A DNA stretch of 64,000 nucleotides. It comes from Mobula birostris (lineage: Eukaryota). The position numbers and the translations under genes are program-made. The stretch's first letter is position 1; every line of letters starts with the position of its first letter. Shown here piece by piece: positions 1-13,830 of this stretch. A model generated the notes under the pieces. The model saw only the letters and a program-made list of their open reading frames with translations. It had not been told where the DNA came from and did not search any database. The DNA is taken from contig NC_092378.1 of assembly GCF_030028105.1 (NCBI RefSeq), positions 109,481,731-109,545,730 of the forward strand, in the 5' to 3' direction.

Positions 1-239
1 CTTGTATTAAGTCCTCTCTCCCCTTTTCTAATTTATTATTGTGATGATTTTACTATATTCATCTGCTAATAGTTATTGACAGGAATTAATCCTGTGTACG
101 CTGTTGTGTTCTTTTGATTGACAATAACTGAACAAAATCAGCACAGACCCCTAGTGTAGATAATGGACTGTCTTCATTCAATGCTATCAATGATTGCATT
201 CTCCAAATCTTAGTTTTCATTGTAACATTATTAACTTGT

Positions 240-440
240 TGAAATAGTGAAATTGTTTCATTTCCCGGCAATTTCTTGGATCACCAAGCCTAAATGCTTG
301 AAAAAGCAGTGAGTAAAAGAGTTCAGAATTGTCTTCCTGCTCATTTCTCATCAACCGTCGGTAACAAAAATCATTGCTTTTTGAACAGATACCCGGCTGT
401 CATAAGTAATCAATGGCCTAATTAACCATAATCTACTGTA
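240..440. repeat. Dispersed repeat, probable DNA transposon end
   Basis: Similar to 18460-18630 and 19690-19718, ending in ...ACTG|TA; family not determined. Confidence 0.45.
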
Positions 441-3400
441 TTTACCTCAAGAATCCTCTATATTCACTAGAAGGCCTAACTGTCCATTTTATATTTTTCA
501 CTGCTTTGCATTCATTAGCTACTCTCCACCCACCCACCCCCCAACTCCACCTTTTTTTCTTTCTTCCTTTTCAATGTTTTTAGATTTCTATACAGAAGAG
601 TCCAAGAGAATACAGATTATAAAAAAGAAAAAATATAATACCAGATACAGTATATTGAATCACATTAACAAACCTTTTACCCTATATTCATATAGATTAG
701 ATTAATTCGTATTTTAAAGCTGCATTTGAGGAGCCTTAATAACCATGGTTACCTCTTTAAATTAATTTCTTGATCTCTCAAGTCCTGCTGAAGGGTCTCA
801 GCCTGTAATGTCAGCTGTACTCTTTTCATTAGATGCTGCCTGGCCTGCTGAGTTCATCCAGTATTGTGTATGTGTTGCTTGATCTTTACTCCACTGCTAC
901 TAACTCACCATATTTTAACTTATTACTCTGAGTTACATCACCTTTCTTCCATGAACCATGATCTTCAAATCCCATTTCTTTCCTTGATATCCCCACCCTT
1001 ACCTAATCCACAAGCCATGGATGTCAGAGGAAATGCATTGTAGATGAAAGGACTGCAAGAAGAGATGTTTGTTTTCATGTCCCTTGACTGGACAGTGTGT
1101 GTGGTAATAATAGGTCTCAAATGTGACTGCTAACCCAATGAATGCAGCGACAATATGTCCAAATTTTATTGCCGTACAGTACTGAGACACTAATTTTTTT
1201 TTAAAAATGCACTGCATTTTTTTTTGTCTTCCCTGTACCCCACCCCATCCCTCCCCCAGCAAGTCTAATGTTGGTCTCAGCTGTTAATTTAAAAACTGAC
1301 CCACTGCTGTTATTTAATGATAAAATGGCTATGAGAGAAAATCATCCCCTATGAACACATCTCCACTTATATAGTGGATTCAAAGGGAGAAATAGCCCAT
1401 CTTACAAAAATTCACAATATGCTTCATAGCAATACCTCTCAGTGACAAGGAGCTAAACAAAATATCACTGAAATTTCACATCTTACTTTCTGCAGGTTTT
1501 GCAATCTTCCAGACCCAGAAATTAAATTTGTAAATTATTTAAATGTCTAGAATCAGTTATTTATACTTAAAACTGCATCCCAAAGGGAATATTAAATACA
1601 ACTTGCATACAGTTCAAACAATTACATTGTTATACATAAATAGGACAAATGCCTGCACAATTCTCAATGCTGTGGAAATTATGGACAAGTTTTTTAAATC
1701 CAAACATAATTATGGTTTTCATAATCCAACCCCATCTATCACTCCAAGTTAGAGATTAAAAAGTTAGTTTCCAATTCTTGTTTTCAAGATCATTTTTACT
1801 TCACTGTTATGACAATATTGTATCACAACTTTAAGTTACATAAAAAATGTTTAGTTAGTTGTCTTTGGATATCAAAATTTTTACCACTTTCTATTCATAA
1901 CTCACCAATCTGCGAGTCGTTTCTTCAGTGTTTCGTGCTTTGCTTTGCTGTAACTGTAGGTATCAGAAGTTTGAAATTTAGCTTCACAGAAAGCTAAAGC
2001 AAATGGGGATTTAAACAGTGTCACAGCACTAACTACTTCTGGGACAATTCATACCAAGTGAATATTGGTGCAGAGATAAACGGCAGAGAACACCATGCAC
2101 GTTAATTCTTGTACATACCTCTTCCTCATTCTAGCATACCTTCTGATTTCCAAACTGCTGTGGATGTTAAGCATGAATCAATTACAGTCCCCACAGCAAA
2201 CTTCCCTCACCTACCAGTGGTTTACCCCTGTGTTTTTCCTTTCAGGCATCCAGAGGATGCAATCTCTTGGATATCATGGAAACTATGATGGAGGCAAAGA
2301 ACTGCCTCTTATTTCACACTCTCAGTCAACACTATCGGTACAAATACAATATACATTGTAAATCAGAGGTTCCCAATCAGAGACCTACTGACCCCACGGT
2401 TAATGGTAGAGCTCCACAGCATTAAAATAAAAAGTTGAAAACTCCTGCCCTAAATGGATAAATCAGAGGCATGATCTACAGTACTCACTCAAACAACTGC
2501 ACTGCAGCCAAGGCTCACAGAAAGGCGGCTGGTGCAAACCACACTGATTTTCCCTACTGAAATCCGATGGTTGAAGGTATGCAAATATATGCAGCTATAT
2601 AGCTTCCTGTGGACAGGATAGTTCACTGCCACCTCCAGGGTAACATCAAAAATCTTGGTGCTTAATCTCATCCACCATGTTTGCATTCTCGGTATTGCCA
2701 AGGCAAGATTCACTTGAAGTTGTTCTGTTTGTAAACCACCTCCTTTCTCATTAGTGCAGTCTGGCTTAAAGCACTGCAATATAGCAAGTATAATGACTAC
2801 AGGACTAGCAACTTGTTATTCATGGTCACCAACCTTAATTCCTAATGGCTTTTCAAAAGAAATGAGAAAATTGGAGCAGGAGTAGACAACTAGCATTCCC
2901 CACCTCCCCCACCAAGTCATCTCACCATTCAGCATAATCACAGCCAACTCATGTTGGTCTCAGCTTCTCATCCACACCAGCTCCCATAGTCCCAATCTTT
3001 CAACAAGTTATCCATCTTTACCTTAATATCACGAGACTGCACTGAAGAAATTTCTACACACCTCAATTTTAAATGACCGGTCCCTTATATTGTAGCTACA
3101 TCCCCTTATTTGTACCTCTCACTAATGAGAATTTTCAAGTCCCTTGGGATCTCAGACACTTACAGTTTGGATTTAGTCAGCATTTTACCCACTTCACTGC
3201 ACATTCCAGCTTCTGCTGAAGGCTTATAAATATACAAATGGAAAAGTACGTATTTTGTGACTGCGAAAATCTCATAGTTGATGATTATTGATAAGTCACA
3301 AGCAAAAAGTGTGCAAGTGTTGTCACTGGATAGAACCACTCCCCCTGCTAAAACCAGTACTGTATATTTAACTCTGGGGAAAGACAGGACCGTCCCCAAT

Positions 3401-3739
3401 CTGACAAAAAAAGCTCTAGTAGAGTCAGCAGCTCCTGCTTCCCAGTCACCGTCACATTCACACATCTGGAAAACTCTGCAGCTGAAGGAATTAATAAAAG
3501 CTTAATGTTACATTCTGAGAATTTGATGTAAACATCAAAACCCACCTCACCATAAAAGGACACTTAGACACTTGTGACAACCCATGTACAAAGCAGTGTG
3601 TTATGTATATCAATAAGAAATTCTCCATATTTACATCATTAAACTTTTGCTACTAATTAAGGGGGTGGGGGAAGTAGATGGGGTCCAATATTATCTCCTT
3701 GAGCCTGAATTCTGTCAAGATCTGTTTTGTTACTGACCA

Positions 3740-4685
3740 CTCAGAAGAGCTGCCCTTTCATGGTGACCATTTAACTGATCGACTTTAACACCCATTTCTA
3801 TCACTTCCCACACATCTGCTCTCACATCACTCTTTCAACCTTTCCCCAGACAGAATGGAGATAGGTCACCTTTCATCCCACTGGGCTTTGCATCCAGCTT
3901 ATCATCCTTCATCACTTCCATCAGTTCCAACGGGAACTCACCATGAGCCATATCTTCTCCTCTACCCCCTCCCCCCAAATTCTGCTTTCCACAGGAGACT
4001 AGGCAATGTGGGACTCCTTGATCCACTCATCCCTTCCAACCAACCTTTTGCACTTTCCCCAGCAACCTTAACATGTGAGATTTGTACTTTCTCCCTCACC
4101 AGCCAAATATCTAAAAAGCCCTTCCAGATGAGGTGGTGCACCTCCTCCAACATGGTCTTTTGCATTCAGCGCCCATGATGTGCCCCCCCCCACAGCAGCA
4201 AGGTCAAGTGCACACTACACAACTCTTTTGCAGAGCACCTCTACTCCATCCACAATGCCATCTTAAGCTGATGGTGACATCTTATTTCAATTCCACATCC
4301 TATTATTCTCACACTGACCTGTCTATACTCAACTTTCTTCACTGCTACAAAGGCCAAATGCAAATACAAGAACAGTAGCTGACAGCTCAATTGTAGAAAC
4401 AATGGATTTTCTGGTTACCCATTCTCCAAGTTCATTCTACTTCCACCTGTCCACAGTCTCTTTCCCTTTGATCAGCTTCCCTACCCTCCATTACCTACCC
4501 CTCCTGGTTCCATCTGCCAGGCATTCCTCCTTTATCTGGTTCCATCTATCATTTTCCTCTCACTTCTATGTACTGGCTATTTTCTCTCTACTCTCCCTGT
4601 CCTGATGCAAGGTCTCAATCTGAAATGTGACCATCTTTCCACAACCACTGATGTGGTTAACCCAGAGTTCCTCCAGCAGTTTCTT
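3740..4685 (+). mobile_element. Old Penelope-like fragment
   Basis: Degenerate similarity to 42560-43600, including a decayed hammerhead motif near 4600. Confidence 0.6.
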
Positions 4686-5068
4686 TTCCTCTCCATAGAC
4701 CATCATTCAGTGTCTTAATCACTGCTTTGTTTTCTCCCCGTCATTTTTCCCTTTCTCTCCAACAGTTTAAATTTTTGTTTTGATAAACAGCAATATCAAT
4801 GCACTTAATTGTCGTCGTCTTGTACGACCCAGAAAGTTAATGAAACTGGTCTATCATGTACTACAGCAGCTCGGAAGGGAAGAAGGACAGAGATTTTTTG
4901 AGTCCTTTTCCAGGAAGGACCCAACTGGTAACTGGTTCACAGGAAAAATCAATAGTGTGAACATAGAAAAATAAAAAAAGCATGTTTAATCTTTACAGTA
5001 CATTAAGTTAATCCCAATTAGTAAAAAAAACCCAGCATCTTAAACTTGTGCTATTAATACTACCTTAC

Positions 5069-5152
5069 TTTTTCAAAGTCCTTCTTCATTGTTTCCTGGT
5101 TACTACTCAAGAGATTAATTGCATTCATCAATTCTTGTAGTGATCCCATTGC
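5069..5152 (-). CDS. C16orf96: C16orf96-like coding exon 2 (AMGSLQELMNAINLLSSNQETMKKDFEK)
   Basis: Minus strand TTTTTCAG| acceptor, 84 nt in frame with exon 1, |GTAAGG donor; coiled-coil-like peptide resembling the segment that follows exon 1 in this family. The gene presumably continues toward or beyond the left edge. Confidence 0.7.
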
Positions 5153-5577
5153 CTGAAAAAGTGCACACTAGTGATTATTTTGCAGGGAAAAAGACACGTC
5201 ACAGCAACACTGCCAATTATCATTGTACTCTGAAAATGCCAGTTGGAATAACCATGAGCTTGAATTCTAAAAATAAAAGCAAATTTTTAAAGTAGCATTT
5301 CCAAAGCATTCAGAAAAAACTGCACTATACAGCAACCAAGATTCTTAAGTTTTCAAAATAATAATCATTGTTGGAATCACTCAAAGGTCAAGCAGCTTTT
5401 GTGGGAAGATTTAATATTTCAGGTCCGAGACTTCATTTAAAAACTAGAAAAAAAGGAAAGAATATTGAATAGTTTAAGCTGCAGGGAGAGTGCAGGGTAG
5501 ATGGAGAAAATTAAGGAAGTATCTCTGACAGAACATGGCTGTGGTTTCTGTGGAAGAAACTTGTTTATGAAGTTCAA

Positions 5578-6392
5578 ACACGAGAAAATATGCAGATGCT
5601 GGAAATCAAAGCAACAAGCACAAAATGTTAAAGGAACTAGCAGGCCAGGCAGCATCTATGGGAAAACAGTAAACAGTCAACATTTCGGGCCAAGATTCTT
5701 CACCTGGGCTGGAAGAAAAAGATAAGTCAGTAAGGAGGGGAGGGATAAGCACAAGATAGTAGGTGAAAGGTGAAACCTGGAGAGAGGGAGGGGTAAAGTG
5801 AAGAGCTGGGAAGTCAATTGGTGAAACAGATAAAGGGCTTAAGAAGGGGGAATCTGATAGGGGAGGACAGAAGGCCATGGAAGAAAGGGAAGGGGAATGA
5901 GCACCAGAGGAATGTGATGGGCAGGTAAGAAGATAAAGTGAGAGGGAAAGCGTAATGGGGAATGGTGAAGGAGAGGTGGGAGTAAAACAATCACCAGAAG
6001 TTCGAAAAATCGATATTCATGCCATCAGATTGGAGCCTACCCAAAGGGAATACAAGGTGCAGGACCTCCAACCAGAGTATGGCTGCTTTGCAGCAGTAGA
6101 GGAGGCAGTGGACAGACATGTCAGAATGGGAAAGGGAAGTCAAATTGAAATGGGTGGCCACCGGGAGATCCTACTTCTTCTGGTGGATGGAGCATAGATG
6201 CTCAGCGAAGTGGTCTTCCAATCCATGTCAGCTCTCACCGATATAGGAGGCTACATTAGAAGCACAGATACTGTAGATGACCCCAACAAACTCACAGCTG
6301 AAGTGTCGCTTCACCTGCAAGGACTGCTTGCGATCCTGAATGGTAGTGAGGGAGGTGGGGCAAGGGCAGGTGTGGCACTTGTTCAGCTTATC
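5578..6392 (-). mobile_element. Penelope-like 3' fragment (degenerate GIY-YIG + pseudo-LTR)
   Basis: Clear similarity to the 3' ends of the better-preserved PLE copies in this window. Confidence 0.75.
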
Positions 6393-6625
6393 TGATTTGG
6401 CAAGTTAACAAGGCTGATAGCGAGAGAGAACACAGGAACATAAAATCTGTCAAATGCAAAGCTCTACAAAATGCTCAGTAAACAAGTTTGTGCCAACAGA
6501 GAAGCACTGGCCAGTACTGATAACAAGGAGAGCAAGTTATAAGAGGTTATTAAATGCAGTATTGAATCCAGAAGGTTGTAATATAGAAGGGAAGATAAGA
6601 AGCTGTTCATTATCTTACAGTCAGT

Positions 6626-9600
6626 CATAGAAAGGTTCAGCACAGAAACAAGCCCTTTGACCATCTAGTCAGTACCAAACCACTTAAGCTGCCTACTCCC
6701 ATTGACCTGCACTGGAACCATAGCCTTCCATATCCCTACCATCCATATACTGTCCAAACTTCTCTTAAGTGTTAAAATTGAGTTCATATACACCACTTGC
6801 GTGGCAGCTCGTTCCACACTCTCATGACTCTGAGTGAAGTAGCATTTCTTGGTCCCCTTAAACTGGTCACCTTTCACCCTTAATCCATGACCTCTGGTTG
6901 TAGACCCACGCAACCTCAGTGGAAAAACCCAGCTTGCATTTACCCAATCTATACCTTTTAATTTTGTATATCTTTATCAAATCTCCCCTCGTTCTTCTCC
7001 TTTAAAGAATCAAGTCTTAACCTATTCAATCTTCCCTTACAATTCAGGTCCTCCAGACCCAGTGCAGCCTTTTAAATTTTCTGTACTCTTTCAAATTTAT
7101 TTACGTCTTTGCTGCGGGAAGGTGAACCAAAACAATACTCCAAATTAGGACTCAATGTCTGACACACTTCAATGTAACATCCCATCTCCTGTATTCAGTA
7201 CATTGATTTATGAAGGCCAATGAGCCAAAAACTTTAATCTTATCTGTGACACCACTTTCAAGAAATTGTATTCTGTATTCCCAGATCCTTCTACCACACT
7301 CCTCAGTGCCCTACTGAAGTGCAAATCCCTCACACTTGTCTGCATTAAATTTCATCTGCCATTTTGCAGCCCATATTTCCAGCTGGTCCAGATCCCAGAA
7401 GCCACGATAGCCTTCCTCGCTGTTCACTACACCCTCAATCTTGATGTCACCTGCAAGTTTGCTGATCCAGTTAACTACATCATCCAAATCACTGATATAG
7501 ATGACAACAACAACCAATCCAGCACAGATCTGTAACTCTTGCTTCGGCTAGCAGCTTCATATAGGGGATGATAGCCCCCACAGCCCAGCCAAACGTAAGA
7601 AATCTCATTTGGGTGGATGCTGCGCAATGTGACCTGTTACAAATCAGTACCATGAAATAACAAACAGTACACAATATGCAATTAAACAATTGAAATTTAT
7701 AATTCTTAATTTGACTATATGGTTAGCAAAGAAAACAAATAAAAAGGGCCCATTCTCATGAAACAGTCTAATTCGCAACGTTGGAGCTCACTGATAAGGC
7801 CATTCGTCCACCATCGACCTCCTCCGATTATCACTGACCTTCGGCCCCTCACTCCAAGTCCACTCCATCTGGCGGTCTACCAACTCTCTCCATTCGCGCC
7901 TTCTTTCCCCGGCAAAAGACCGCAAATTCCCGGCTCCCAAACACACAAGAATGAACAACATCCCACTCATTGGCCAGCATGCTCCATTATCTCTAGTCAT
8001 AACCCAAGTATTACTGCGACAGAGAAACCATTACCTTAGCAGTGGAAAATTACAGAGAAGCCATTACATTAGCAGTGAAACCTTACAGCGTGTACAGATC
8101 CCTGAGGCACTCCACTAGTCATAGACCTCCAGTCCTCAAAGCAACCATCTACTACCACTCTCTGGCTTCTCCCACAAAGCCAATGTTAATCTAATATACT
8201 ACCTCATCTTGAACACCAAGTGACTGAGCCTTCCTGACCAACCTCCCATGTGGGACCCTGTCAAGCACCTGGCTAAAGTCCATACAGACAACATTCACTG
8301 CCTTGTCTTCATCAACTTTCCTGGTCATTTCCTTGAATCCTTGAATCAGTCCATATCTAATCCTAATACTTCTATACACAGCCCTTTAGAATACCTTCCA
8401 ATAGTTTTCCCACAACTGATGTCAGATCACTGGCCTATAATTTCCTGGTTTAGTTTCAGACCCTTTCTTAAGCAGCAGAACAACATTGATGATCCTCCAA
8501 TGCTCTGGTACCTCACTTGATGCCAAGGATGATTAAAATATTTCTGCTATGCCCCAGCAATTTCTGCACTAGCCTCCTGCAGGGTCCAAGGGAACATCTG
8601 TCAGGCCCTGGGGATCTATCCACCCTAATTTACCTCAGGACAGCAAACACCTCCTCCTCTGTAATCTGTATAGGGTCCATGAAGTTGATGCCACTTCATC
8701 CAACTTCTATAGACCGTGTCTCCTGAGTAATTACAGAAGCAAAAATAAAAAAAACCATCTAAGATCTCTCCCACCTCTTTCGGCTCCACACACAGATTAC
8801 TATTCTGATCTTCTAGAAGATTAATATTATCCCTTTCAATCCTTTTGCTCAGTATCTGTAGAATCCCTTGGATTTTCCTTTCACCTTGTTTGCTGGGGCA
8901 ACCTCATGCCTTCTTTGAGCTCTCCTGATTACTTTAAACGTTCTCCTGCATTTCTTGTACTCCACAAGCACCCCATTTATACCGATCTGCCTATACCTGC
9001 TATGCACCTTTTTTGCCTCAACCATGCCTCAATAGCTCTTGAAAACCAAGGTTTCCTACACCTGGTATCTTTACCTTTTATATTGGTGCTCTTAAAATTT
9101 CATTTTCAAAGGCCTCCCAGTTACCAAGTGCATCTTTGCCCGAAAATATCTAGATCCTTTCTGATAGCATAAAAATTGCCTTTTCTCCAGTTCAGAATCT
9201 CATCCTGAGGACCAGACCTATCTTTCTGTATATCTACTTTGAAACTAATGGCAGTGTGATCGGTAATGCAAAGTATTCCCTTTCACTAGCTTCTCTCACC
9301 TGTCCTGACTCACTCCCAAACATCAGATCAAGTATTGCACACTCTCACACTGGAACTTCTATGTACTGATTAAGGAAACTTACCTGAACACATTTGACAA
9401 ACTCGATCCCATCTAGTCCTTTTACAGTATGGGAGTCCCAGTTAATATGTGGAAGGTTAAAAATCACCTACTATAACAACCTTGTTTCTTGCAAGAGTCT
9501 GCGATCTCTTTACAAATTTGTTCCTCTAAATCCCTTGGATTGTTGGATGGTCTGTAATGTATGTAATGTAGTCCCATTAACATGGTCATACCTTTCTTAT

Positions 9601-11050
9601 TTCTCAGTTCCACCAACAATACCTCACTAGACAAGTTCTCCAGTCTGTCCTGACTGAGCACTGCAATGATGTTTTCCCTGGCTAGTAATGCCACCCAGTC
9701 CTCCTATAATCACTCCCACTGTCACATCTAAAACAATGGAACCCAAAATACTGAGCTGCCAGACCTGGCCTTTTGGCAACCAAGTCTCGCTAATGGCTAC
9801 AATATCATAATTCCAGGTGTTGATCCACGCCCTGAGCTCGCCGTGCTTCCTATGAGATATATACAGCTTAGGACACTAGCTAGATCACATTCAACCTTTT
9901 GATTCCAGAACATCTGAGGTCTTAACAACATGTCCCCAGAACTACTCCATGTTCTGACACTCTAGTTCCATCCCTCTGCAACTCTAGCTTAAACCCCACC
10001 ATGCAGCACTAGCAAACCTTCCTGCTAGGATATTAGCCCCCTCCAGTTCAGGTCCAAACTGATTCTTCTGTATAGGTCCCACCTTCCCCGGAAGGGAGCC
10101 CAATGATCCAAAATTCTTATGCCCTTCTTCCTACACCAACTCCTCGGCCACATGTTCAACTGTATAATCTTCCCATTCCTGCCATCACTAGCAGGAAGCA
10201 CAGGCGGCAATCCTGAGATCATATTCCTTACAGCTCTGCCCTTTAAGTTAACACCCAATTCCCTGAACTCATTTTGCAGAACTTCATCACTCTGTGTCAT
10301 TGGTACCTAAATGGACCACGACCTCTGGCTGTTCACCCTCCCACTTAAGAATACTGAGGATTCAATCCGAAATATCCCAAACTCGGGCACCCAGGAAGCA
10401 ACATACCAACCAGGAATCTCATTCTCATCCACAGAACCTCCTTTCTGTTCTCCCAACTAACAAATTCCCTTTCTCCACAGCTCGCCTCTTCTCCCTCCCT
10501 TCTGAGTCAGAGTCTGACTCAATGCCAGAGATCTGACCACTGTCTTTCCTCTGCTAGGTCATTTCCACCACCCCCTCCCCAACAGTATTCAAAGTTGTTT
10601 AGCTGTTGTTGGGGGGGGGGGGAGGGGGGAAGAGAGAAGAAAGGGAAGATGGCCACAATGATACTCTGCACTGACTGTTTAATCACTTTCCCCTTCCTGT
10701 CACCCAGTCTCCTGCATCTTGCTCCTTGGGTATAACTACCTCTCTACATATCCTATCTATCACCCCTTAGCCTCCCAAATGATCTGGAGTTCAGTTCAGT
10801 TCCACAGCCAATTCTAATGCAGATTGTTGGAAGCGGCAGCTGGATACTCTTCTTGCAGGTATAGTCATTGGTCATTGGAAGTCTCCCTGCCTTCCCACAT
10901 CCCACTATCCTGCCTAGCAACTCTACTGTTCCAACTGAGCAAATATAAAGGAGGAAGATTAGAAAATCTGTGGATGTAAAATACCATCTACAGCTTTTTT
11001 TTGCCTTCTCTCTCCACTCTAAAGACTCGAAGAGCTAAAGCCTAAAAAGA
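6626..11050 (-). mobile_element. Long degenerate CR1 LINE (ORF1 esterase-like domain + ORF2 remnants)
   Basis: ORF1 SGNH/esterase-like fragment (ISGLPPV..LNMW..WC..G.R.LDHW..F.GRWDLY) at 10025-10300; RT fragments MDFSQ..VPHGRL (8191-8379) and WAAKWQMKFNADKC (7311-7517); TRGH 3' motif. Confidence 0.85.
7531..8096. mobile_element. Solo LTR (566 bp) inserted in the CR1
   Basis: TG...CA termini, 4-bp TSD GATC (7527-7530, 8097-8100); removing it restores the CR1 sequence AGCACAGATCCCTGAGG. Confidence 0.75.
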
Positions 11051-11589
11051 AATCTCCACTCTAACTCTGACCACTCCAATGACAGCCACTCTGCTTGCCC
11101 CACCTTACTTTAATATAATCTTGACAATCAATCCCAAACACTACTTGACCACTGCGCAAAGCACCAAACTGCTGCAAGCACTGCCTTTTCTACTCAAGTC
11201 AGTGAACCTGAGCGAACTACTCCTTCTCAGGCTTCTGATCTCTGATTTGGTGCTGCTCGAGGTCTTGTTATAACAGCGATGAGACCACAGAACTGAAATG
11301 CCAGTGATGAAGCAAGATGCTGAATTGAAGTGGACGACAAAAGGAAATTCAGTGTCTCTGGTGCAGACTGAAAACAAATGCTGCACAAAGTTGTCATCTA
11401 ATCTGTGTGGGTTTCTCCAATGTAGAAGAGATCACATCAGCACTGAATGCAATACACTAGATCACAAGAAGAGCAGGTGAACGGTTGCTTCTCCTGTGTG
11501 ACTGTTGTGTCGCTGGATGGTGAAAAAGTGAAAGAGTGATTGGTTGGAAAGCATCATGAGAAGGAGTTATTGAAGAAAAAGGATTAGCA

Positions 11590-11945
11590 GGACAGAGTTA
11601 GAGGGGGATGGTAGCTTCAGGATGCTGAAAGGAGAACAGAGGAAGATACTTAAGGGTAAACTGAGGGGGGAGCTTCTTCACTGAAAGGGCAATATGAATG
11701 TAGAATGAGCTACTGGCAGATGTGATGGATGTGCGTTTGATTACAACATTTAAGAGACGTTTGGATAAGTAAATGGACAGGAGGGGCATGGAAGTCCATG
11801 GTCTTGGTGCAGGTCAATGGGCCTGGGCAGAACAACAGCTCAGCATGGACTACACCAGCCGATGGGCTTTTGTAGAATAACAGTTCAGCATGGACTAATA
11901 ATGAGCCAATGGGCCTGGTTCTGTGCTGTAATGCTCTATTACTCT
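11590..11945 (+). mobile_element. CR1 3' end fragment
   Basis: Reverse-complement similarity to 6626-6900. Confidence 0.6.
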
Positions 11946-13086
11946 GCAAGTTTTGTGAAGATAGCAGAAATTGCAAAGATGATCTGTCCAAAGCAGGAGG
12001 TTGATGAGGTAGGAAGTGGGAATTCTATTGCTCCATCTAGGAGAGGATGCGAGATCAGGGGTTGGGAAATGATATGTGATCAGGGCTTTTATAACTGTAG
12101 TACTGACAGATGATTAAGGACAAAGGAAGACAGCTCCAAAGCACCCGTTTAGCAAGTGTCGTAAGAGCCGACATAGAAGAGACAGAACAGAAAAAAATAT
12201 TAGGGAGTGGAATCCTTTCAGGAAGCTGGAAAGAATGAAGTATATCTAAAACAAGCATGGGCATGTTACGGGCAGAACCTATTCCCACAGATCGGGAAGA
12301 CGACATCAGGGTGCAAACTGGCGGCAAAAGTAATGAAGGGGAAACAAAAAAAAAAGACAGGCACTTGCAAGGTTCCAGAAAACACAGGTGGAGTTGTGGA
12401 AGTTGTTGTTTAACATGAGAATGAGGTCAGCCAGGCAAATCAATGTGTTTGTGGCAGGGAAATGGTCGGGCCACTGTTCAAGTGAGAAGCAGTGCACCGG
12501 GACAATCCTAGTGCATGATCAGGGTGTAAAACAATTGTACATCCATCGCAGATACATTTTCCCTCTGAACACGATCACAAAACCCATCTCCACAATCACC
12601 AAGCTAACCTTTTCTAATATAGCCTTCTTTTGCCTGAAAATCCCATTGAGATTTATTTTAAAATAATTTAGCCTACAAGTTCAAATGCAACTGTACTCTA
12701 GGAAAACAAGAGCCACAGGGATAGACATTGAAATGTCTGTGGAAGATTCACTGGAAATATTATTTTGGATTACACAACATAACTAAAGATACAGATCAAA
12801 AGATGAACTATTACAGCACATTACTTTTTTGGGATCCCCAAACATTAGGAGCTAATGACTTGCCTGCATTTAATCCCATTGGATTTTCCAGTGTATTCCA
12901 ATATCCCTTAATATAATTTAGACTGCAACTCCTTTGACGACTGTAGTGAATGCTTCCCCTACATATTTATGTATATTGATTGGCAAGTGCACTACATTCC
13001 AAATCCAATTAACCCATGGATAGGATGTTAAATTTATCGGTTTTATTAAATAACAGCACCTAATGAACGTTCAGACCGTATCCCAC

Positions 13087-13563
13087 CTTAAGCACTCCTT
13101 CCTCGTTTGCTTCCACCTTTTTTTTGACTTGCATGAGTTGCCACATTTCCTTCACTGGCCCTCCACTGCTGCTGGATAGAGAGCTTTTCCTGCCGCCCGT
13201 CTCCTCTTGGCTGCGGGCCATGAGTTCTGGAACACTGGGCAATTGTCCCAAGATGCCCATCGCGTTTTGGAGCTTTGCAACTTTTTCCTCCAGTTGGTGG
13301 AAGAGAGAAACAGACCTTCCATTCTCCTTGGGTGGACCTTCTTCTGAAGCAGGGGCTTCTTCTGCAGGAACCTCGCCCTTAGAGCTCTTGGGTTTGATAA
13401 ACTCAACCTCTACTTCTTCCACCGTCTTCTGCACATCTCCAAGTTGGAGATGTTCCAAAATACCATGCAATAGTGCATGCAGCGCGTTGAAGTTACACAC
13501 CCCCACCTCGGGAGTGCCGATGGCCAAATTCACAAGCTCCTTTAAAGTAAAAGTGTGCGCCAT
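13087..13563 (-). CDS. C16orf96: C16orf96/QRICH2-family protein, coding exon 1 (159 codons)
   Basis: MAHTFTLKELVNLAIGTPEVGVCNFNALHALLHGILEHL... matches the N-terminal motif shared by C16orf96 and QRICH2; PVKEMWQLMQVKKKVEANEEG motif near the end; donor AAG|GTGGGA at 13086, phase 0; head-to-head with CDIP1 as for human C16orf96. The symbol rests on synteny plus the LLHGILEH motif. Confidence 0.8.
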
Positions 13564-13599
13564 CGCAATCTCTCTAGTAATGCATAAATGTCGCCTTTA

Positions 13600-13830
13600 A
13601 CGCTACCTCAAAAATGCAGTTCAGTTCACAACACGTGCAACCGGCGAAAAGGCGACCAATGGAACTTCACACGTGGCATCGCGGCCAGGGCGTCGTCCAT
13701 TGACACTCCCACCAATCAACGGACGCTCCGTCCCGCCCGTTACACCGCAGTTGCTAAGATACCGGTATAGCTGCGTGGAAACGCCTTTATTCGGGCCGGT
13801 CCCATGTCACCCGAGTTGGTGTTATAGGTT
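13600..13830 (-). promoter_or_regulatory. CpG-rich promoter of the C16orf96-like gene with an RFX X-box-like site
   Basis: Local CpG enrichment just upstream of the ATG; GTTGCTAAGATAC at 13750-13762 fits the X-box pattern GTTRCYANGRNAC; CCAAT and CACGTG motifs nearby. Confidence 0.55.

Noticed and set aside
2110-2780. Possible further exons of the C16orf96-like gene
   Set aside because: Donor-like motifs exist on the minus strand but no convincing in-frame, family-like peptide with a matching acceptor.
13124-13600. 158-aa plus-strand ORF overlapping exon 1
   Set aside because: Antisense shadow of the real coding exon, no recognisable motif.
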